A DNA stretch of 64,000 nucleotides from a virus (taxonomy: Duplodnaviria; Caudoviricetes), in IMG/VR virus record IMGVR_UViG_3300031992_000011; one strand, given 5' to 3'. The translations under genes were made by a program, and so were the position numbers. Below are positions 61,536 through 64,000 of the stretch, in pieces; the first letter of the stretch is position 1; every line of letters starts with the position of its first letter. The notes beneath the pieces are model-generated. The model was given only the letters and a program-made list of their open reading frames with translations, was not told where the DNA came from and searched no databases.

Positions 61536-61543
61536 CAAAAAAA

Positions 61544-61633
61544 GGAAGCATACCCAAGTTGGTGAAGGGGGCGGCTTGCTAAGCCGCTAGGCCTCGGCGA
61601 CGGGGCGCGGAGGTTCGAGTCCTCCTGCTTCCG
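61544..61633 (+). tRNA. tRNA-Ser(GCT)
   Basis: Long variable arm, loop TTGCTAA. Confidence 0.9.
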
Positions 61634-61640
61634 CACAAAC

Positions 61641-61713
61641 AGGGTAGTAGCGCAGTTGGTAGCGCGCTACGTTCGGGACGTAGAGGTCGCAGGTTCGAAT
61701 CCTGTCTACCCTA
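61641..61713 (+). tRNA. tRNA-Pro(CGG)
   Basis: Cloverleaf, loop TTCGGGA. Confidence 0.9.
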
Positions 61714-61719
61714 CTTGAA

Positions 61720-61776
61720 TGTTAACAATTATTAACATGAAAAATTTGCAAGGTATATTTTTTTGTCGTACCTTTG
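61720..61776 (+). promoter_or_regulatory. Promoter of the ncRNA array with TGTTAA-N6-TTAACA palindrome
   Basis: Palindrome 61720-61737, TTTG 61745, TACCTTTG 61769-61776. Confidence 0.8.
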
Positions 61777-61782
61777 CACTTG

Positions 61783-61870
61783 AAAACAATGGTGAGTGAC
61801 AGGGTTACTTCGCATACAAACTGTTACAAGATTAAAAAGCAACGAACCCTTCGCATATCTTCCTTGTTTT
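61783..61870 (+). ncRNA. GTGAC/TACTTCG scaffold RNA 1 (no tRNA cargo)
   Basis: AAAACAA/TTGTTTT outer helix, AGTGAC, AGGGTT/AACCCT inner helix, TACTTCG. Confidence 0.65.
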
Positions 61871-61890
61871 TGTTCTTTGACATTCTTAAA

Positions 61891-62025
61891 ATGTGTGCAG
61901 TGACTGTGGCGGTTACTTCGTTGATTAGCTCATTTGGTAGAGCATAAGTTTATGGTACTTAGGGTAGATGGTTCGATTCCATCATCACAAAAGATTGTTT
62001 GCCGCCGCAAAATTTTCTCACACAT
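61891..62025 (+). ncRNA. Scaffold RNA 2 with nested tRNA-like body (anticodon ATG)
   Basis: ATGTGTG/CACACAT, AGTGAC, TGTGGCGG/CCGCCGCA, TACTTCG, D/AC/T arms 61926-61983. Confidence 0.7.
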
Positions 62026-62033
62026 AACTCATA

Positions 62034-62166
62034 TTCCGCATAGTGACGGGCGGTGTTACTTCGAATTATTTAGCGCAGTGGTTAGCGCATCACACTTTTA
62101 ATGCGAGAGTCGCCGGTTCGATTCCGGCAATGATTCTTTAAAAGCACCCCCATTTTTCTTGCGGAA
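62034..62166 (+). ncRNA. Scaffold RNA 3 with nested tRNA-Lys(TTT)-like body
   Basis: TTCCGCA/TGCGGAA, AGTGAC, GGGCGGTGT/GCACCCCC, TACTTCG, cloverleaf 62063-62136. Confidence 0.72.
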
Positions 62167-62173
62167 AAGCACA

Positions 62174-62298
62174 ACCGGTTGTGACGTATCTCGGTTACTT
62201 CGATACGTTGGTTCGAGTCCAACTTTGTCCGCCATACAATTGGACGAATAGTCAAGTGGTTAAGACAGAATTCTTTACCGAGGCGAGTTTCCACCGGT
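62174..62298 (+). ncRNA. Scaffold RNA 4 with circularly permuted tRNA (YrlA-like Y RNA architecture)
   Basis: ACCGGT/ACCGGT, GTGAC, TCTCGGT/ACCGAGG, TACTTCG, then T arm, closed acceptor stem, D arm. Confidence 0.72.
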
Positions 62299-62415
62299 AC
62301 AAAAAACGGTCTGCTTCAATGTAGATGGATTTTGTAGATGGTTTAACGTGCGGTGCGCTGTATATCAGTGTGCCGCTTTTTTGTTTGAGTATAAAAAGAC
62401 AACACAAAAAAAATA

Positions 62416-62724
62416 ATGAACGACATTGACAAATGGATGTGGAAGCCATGCACATTCACAGTATTCAACAACGCCGTGGACAACGGATGGGCAATAGACA
62501 TGCGGAACAGCACAGGACAAGACGTGGACATATCGGATTGCGAATTCCATAAAGTTGATATGGGTGACAGCGTGCGAGACGGAATAAAGAGCGGGAACAA
62601 GACATTGGTGAACGCAGAACAAGAGAAGATAGACACATTCAACAAGGAGAACTATCCGGGTATGGCCATGTTCCTGATACAGGACATAGGTTTGCTCTAT
62701 GTCATAAGGCAACGAAATGATTAA
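62416..62724 (+). CDS. Hypothetical protein
   Basis: 102 aa, A-rich leader, directly after ncRNA array. Confidence 0.65.
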   Translation: MNDIDKWMWKPCTFTVFNNAVDNGWAIDMRNSTGQDVDISDCEFHKVDMGDSVRDGIKSGNKTLVNAEQEKIDTFNKENYPGMAMFLIQDIGLLYVIRQRND

Positions 62725-62833
62725 CAGGCCACTACACGTTTCGGCGCACTTACCGCGTGAGGGCGTTCGCTGCTTTTGACATTTGACATTCTGCGTGTCG
62801 CTTTAATTGGATAAGTGAACATGATACAGAAAG

Positions 62834-62873
62834 AAAATCCACCGGTGGTTTGGACTATCGGTGGATTTTTTTT
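62834..62873 (+). terminator. Intrinsic terminator
   Basis: AAAATCCACCGGTGGT / ACTATCGGTGGATTTT plus T run. Confidence 0.8.
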
Positions 62874-62970
62874 GCGAACAAGTTTTAACTACCTTTGGTT
62901 TGGTGGTGACACTTCCGAGAGGTACCGGAGTCAAAAACATTCAAGTTTTAAAGAAAATTAACTTGTTATA

Positions 62971-63002
62971 TTTGACATCCTAAGTCATTTTTTGTACCTT
63001 TG
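62971..63002 (+). promoter_or_regulatory. Bacteroidota-type promoter
   Basis: TTTG, N20, TACCTTTG. Confidence 0.75.
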
Positions 63003-63021
63003 TGCCAAAATATAATCACTC

Positions 63022-64000
63022 ATGCTATACGACGAAGATATAAAGGCGAAGGAACAAATAGTTGAAGATGCCAAGTTGGTGTTGAAACGCGAGTTTGTCG
63101 GTATTGACGACATCATTGACGGTGTAATGGAGAATGTGCGAACATGGTACATGTTTCCGAACCTGTACAACCGCCCGCTCATCATCAACCTGTTCGGAAT
63201 GACAGGTGTCGGCAAGACAAGTCTTGTGCAGCGCATATCCCAGCTGCTTGATTTGGAAAAGGACTACTATTATTTCAACTTTGGTGAGATAAGCGAATGT
63301 ACTGCGTGGGATATTGAAGAGAGAATAAATGACGAGATCAGCGACGAGAAATCGAACCGTGTTTTCGTGTATGATGAATTTCAGTACGCGTCTACCATTG
63401 CCGAAGATGGAACTGAGAGAGAAAAGAGAAGCGGACTTAAACCGTTCTGGGAACTTATGGACGCAGGAAAGATGCACAAGCGGGACTCGGTTTACCTGTA
63501 CAGTTCGTTATTCAGCACCGCCAATTATCTTATACGCATAAATAACGTGTGCAGAATACAACTTGAGAACGGCGCTTGGGTTAACCGCGACGAATGCCTC
63601 TCACATTTCGGCGAATACGAGATTTCCAGATTCAGCACAGTCCTCAACACAAGAGGCGCGAGCGGAGCCCCAACTGAACGACCGAATGCCATTGGAAAAA
63701 TTGAAGCCGATGGAATGGGCAGTAATCTCCCAAACAACATGCCGAGCAAGGGAAGCATGCAATCATTCATATTGACAGCGGACACATTCTCCACAATCGT
63801 AAGGCGGTCTCGCAGGAGCAGAAGGGACACTGACAGTTACATAGAACTCTTCAACGAGTTTTGCACATACGATATAGACCAACTGATCGCCCGGATTGTC
63901 GACGTGTACAACATGGCGTGCAAGGGATTTGATCTGGATTTTCACAATTCTCTCATCTTTGTCTTGGCGAACCTTGACGAGGCGTACAACATGACGTTCA
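63022..64000 (+). CDS. AAA+ ATPase (Clp-like), 3'-truncated; absent from ORF track
   Basis: Translated by hand: MLYDEDIK..REFVGIDDII..LFGMTGVGKT (Walker A)..FVYDEFQ (Walker B); open to window end. Confidence 0.8.
   Translation, partial: MLYDEDIKAKEQIVEDAKLVLKREFVGIDDIIDGVMENVRTWYMFPNLYNRPLIINLFGMTGVGKTSLVQRISQLLDLEKDYYYFNFGEISECTAWDIEERINDEISDEKSNRVFVYDEFQYASTIAEDGTEREKRSGLKPFWELMDAGKMHKRDSVYLYSSLFSTANYLIRINNVCRIQLENGAWVNRDECLSHFGEYEISRFSTVLNTRGASGAPTERPNAIGKIEADGMGSNLPNNMPSKGSMQSFILTADTFSTIVRRSRRSRRDTDSYIELFNEFCTYDIDQLIARIVDVYNMACKGFDLDFHNSLIFVLANLDEAYNMTF

Noticed and set aside
61783-62298. CRISPR array interpretation of the repeated GTGAC..GTTACTTCG motif
   Set aside because: Repeats are short and split, spacing is irregular, the intervening sequence is structured and tRNA-like, and there are no cas genes
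58224-62455. Short ORFs across the tRNA island (e.g. 60820-61182, 61215-61538)
   Set aside because: They overlap clear tRNA genes; spurious
1-64000. TAG stop-codon reassignment as in Lak/crAss phages
   Set aside because: Conserved genes are full length in code 11, several end in TAG at sensible boundaries (e.g. 15391, 26500, 12086), and no CUA suppressor tRNA is present in the window

Overview
64 kb segment of a large (jumbo-type, T4-like myovirus) phage genome in the standard genetic code. The host is very probably Bacteroidota, because nine TTTG-N19/20-TAnnTTTG promoters are present. Left to right: tail-associated cell-wall hydrolases; a replication/recombination block (gp32-like SSB, thymidine kinase, RecA/UvsX, a decayed homing endonuclease, RNase H/FEN, DnaB-like helicase, NrdD/NrdG); baseplate genes; a phage MetK; a run of large virion proteins; Mre11, RuvC-like, primase, Rad50 and a sigma-70-family factor; putative head-internal proteins and a lysis pair; a dockerin-bearing paralog pair; and a 4.3 kb RNA island (57.7-62.3 kb) with about 21 tRNA genes and several unexplained structured RNAs. 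The most striking element is at 61783-62298. It is a separately promoted tandem array of four RNAs sharing one scaffold (outer helix, GTGAC internal loop, inner helix, TACTTCG). Each copy carries a different cargo: none, a tRNA-His-like body, a tRNA-Lys(UUU)-like body, and a circularly permuted tRNA. This suggests a Y-RNA (YrlA)-like tRNA-mimic system. All calls were made by eye from the sequence and ORF track; no searches were run.
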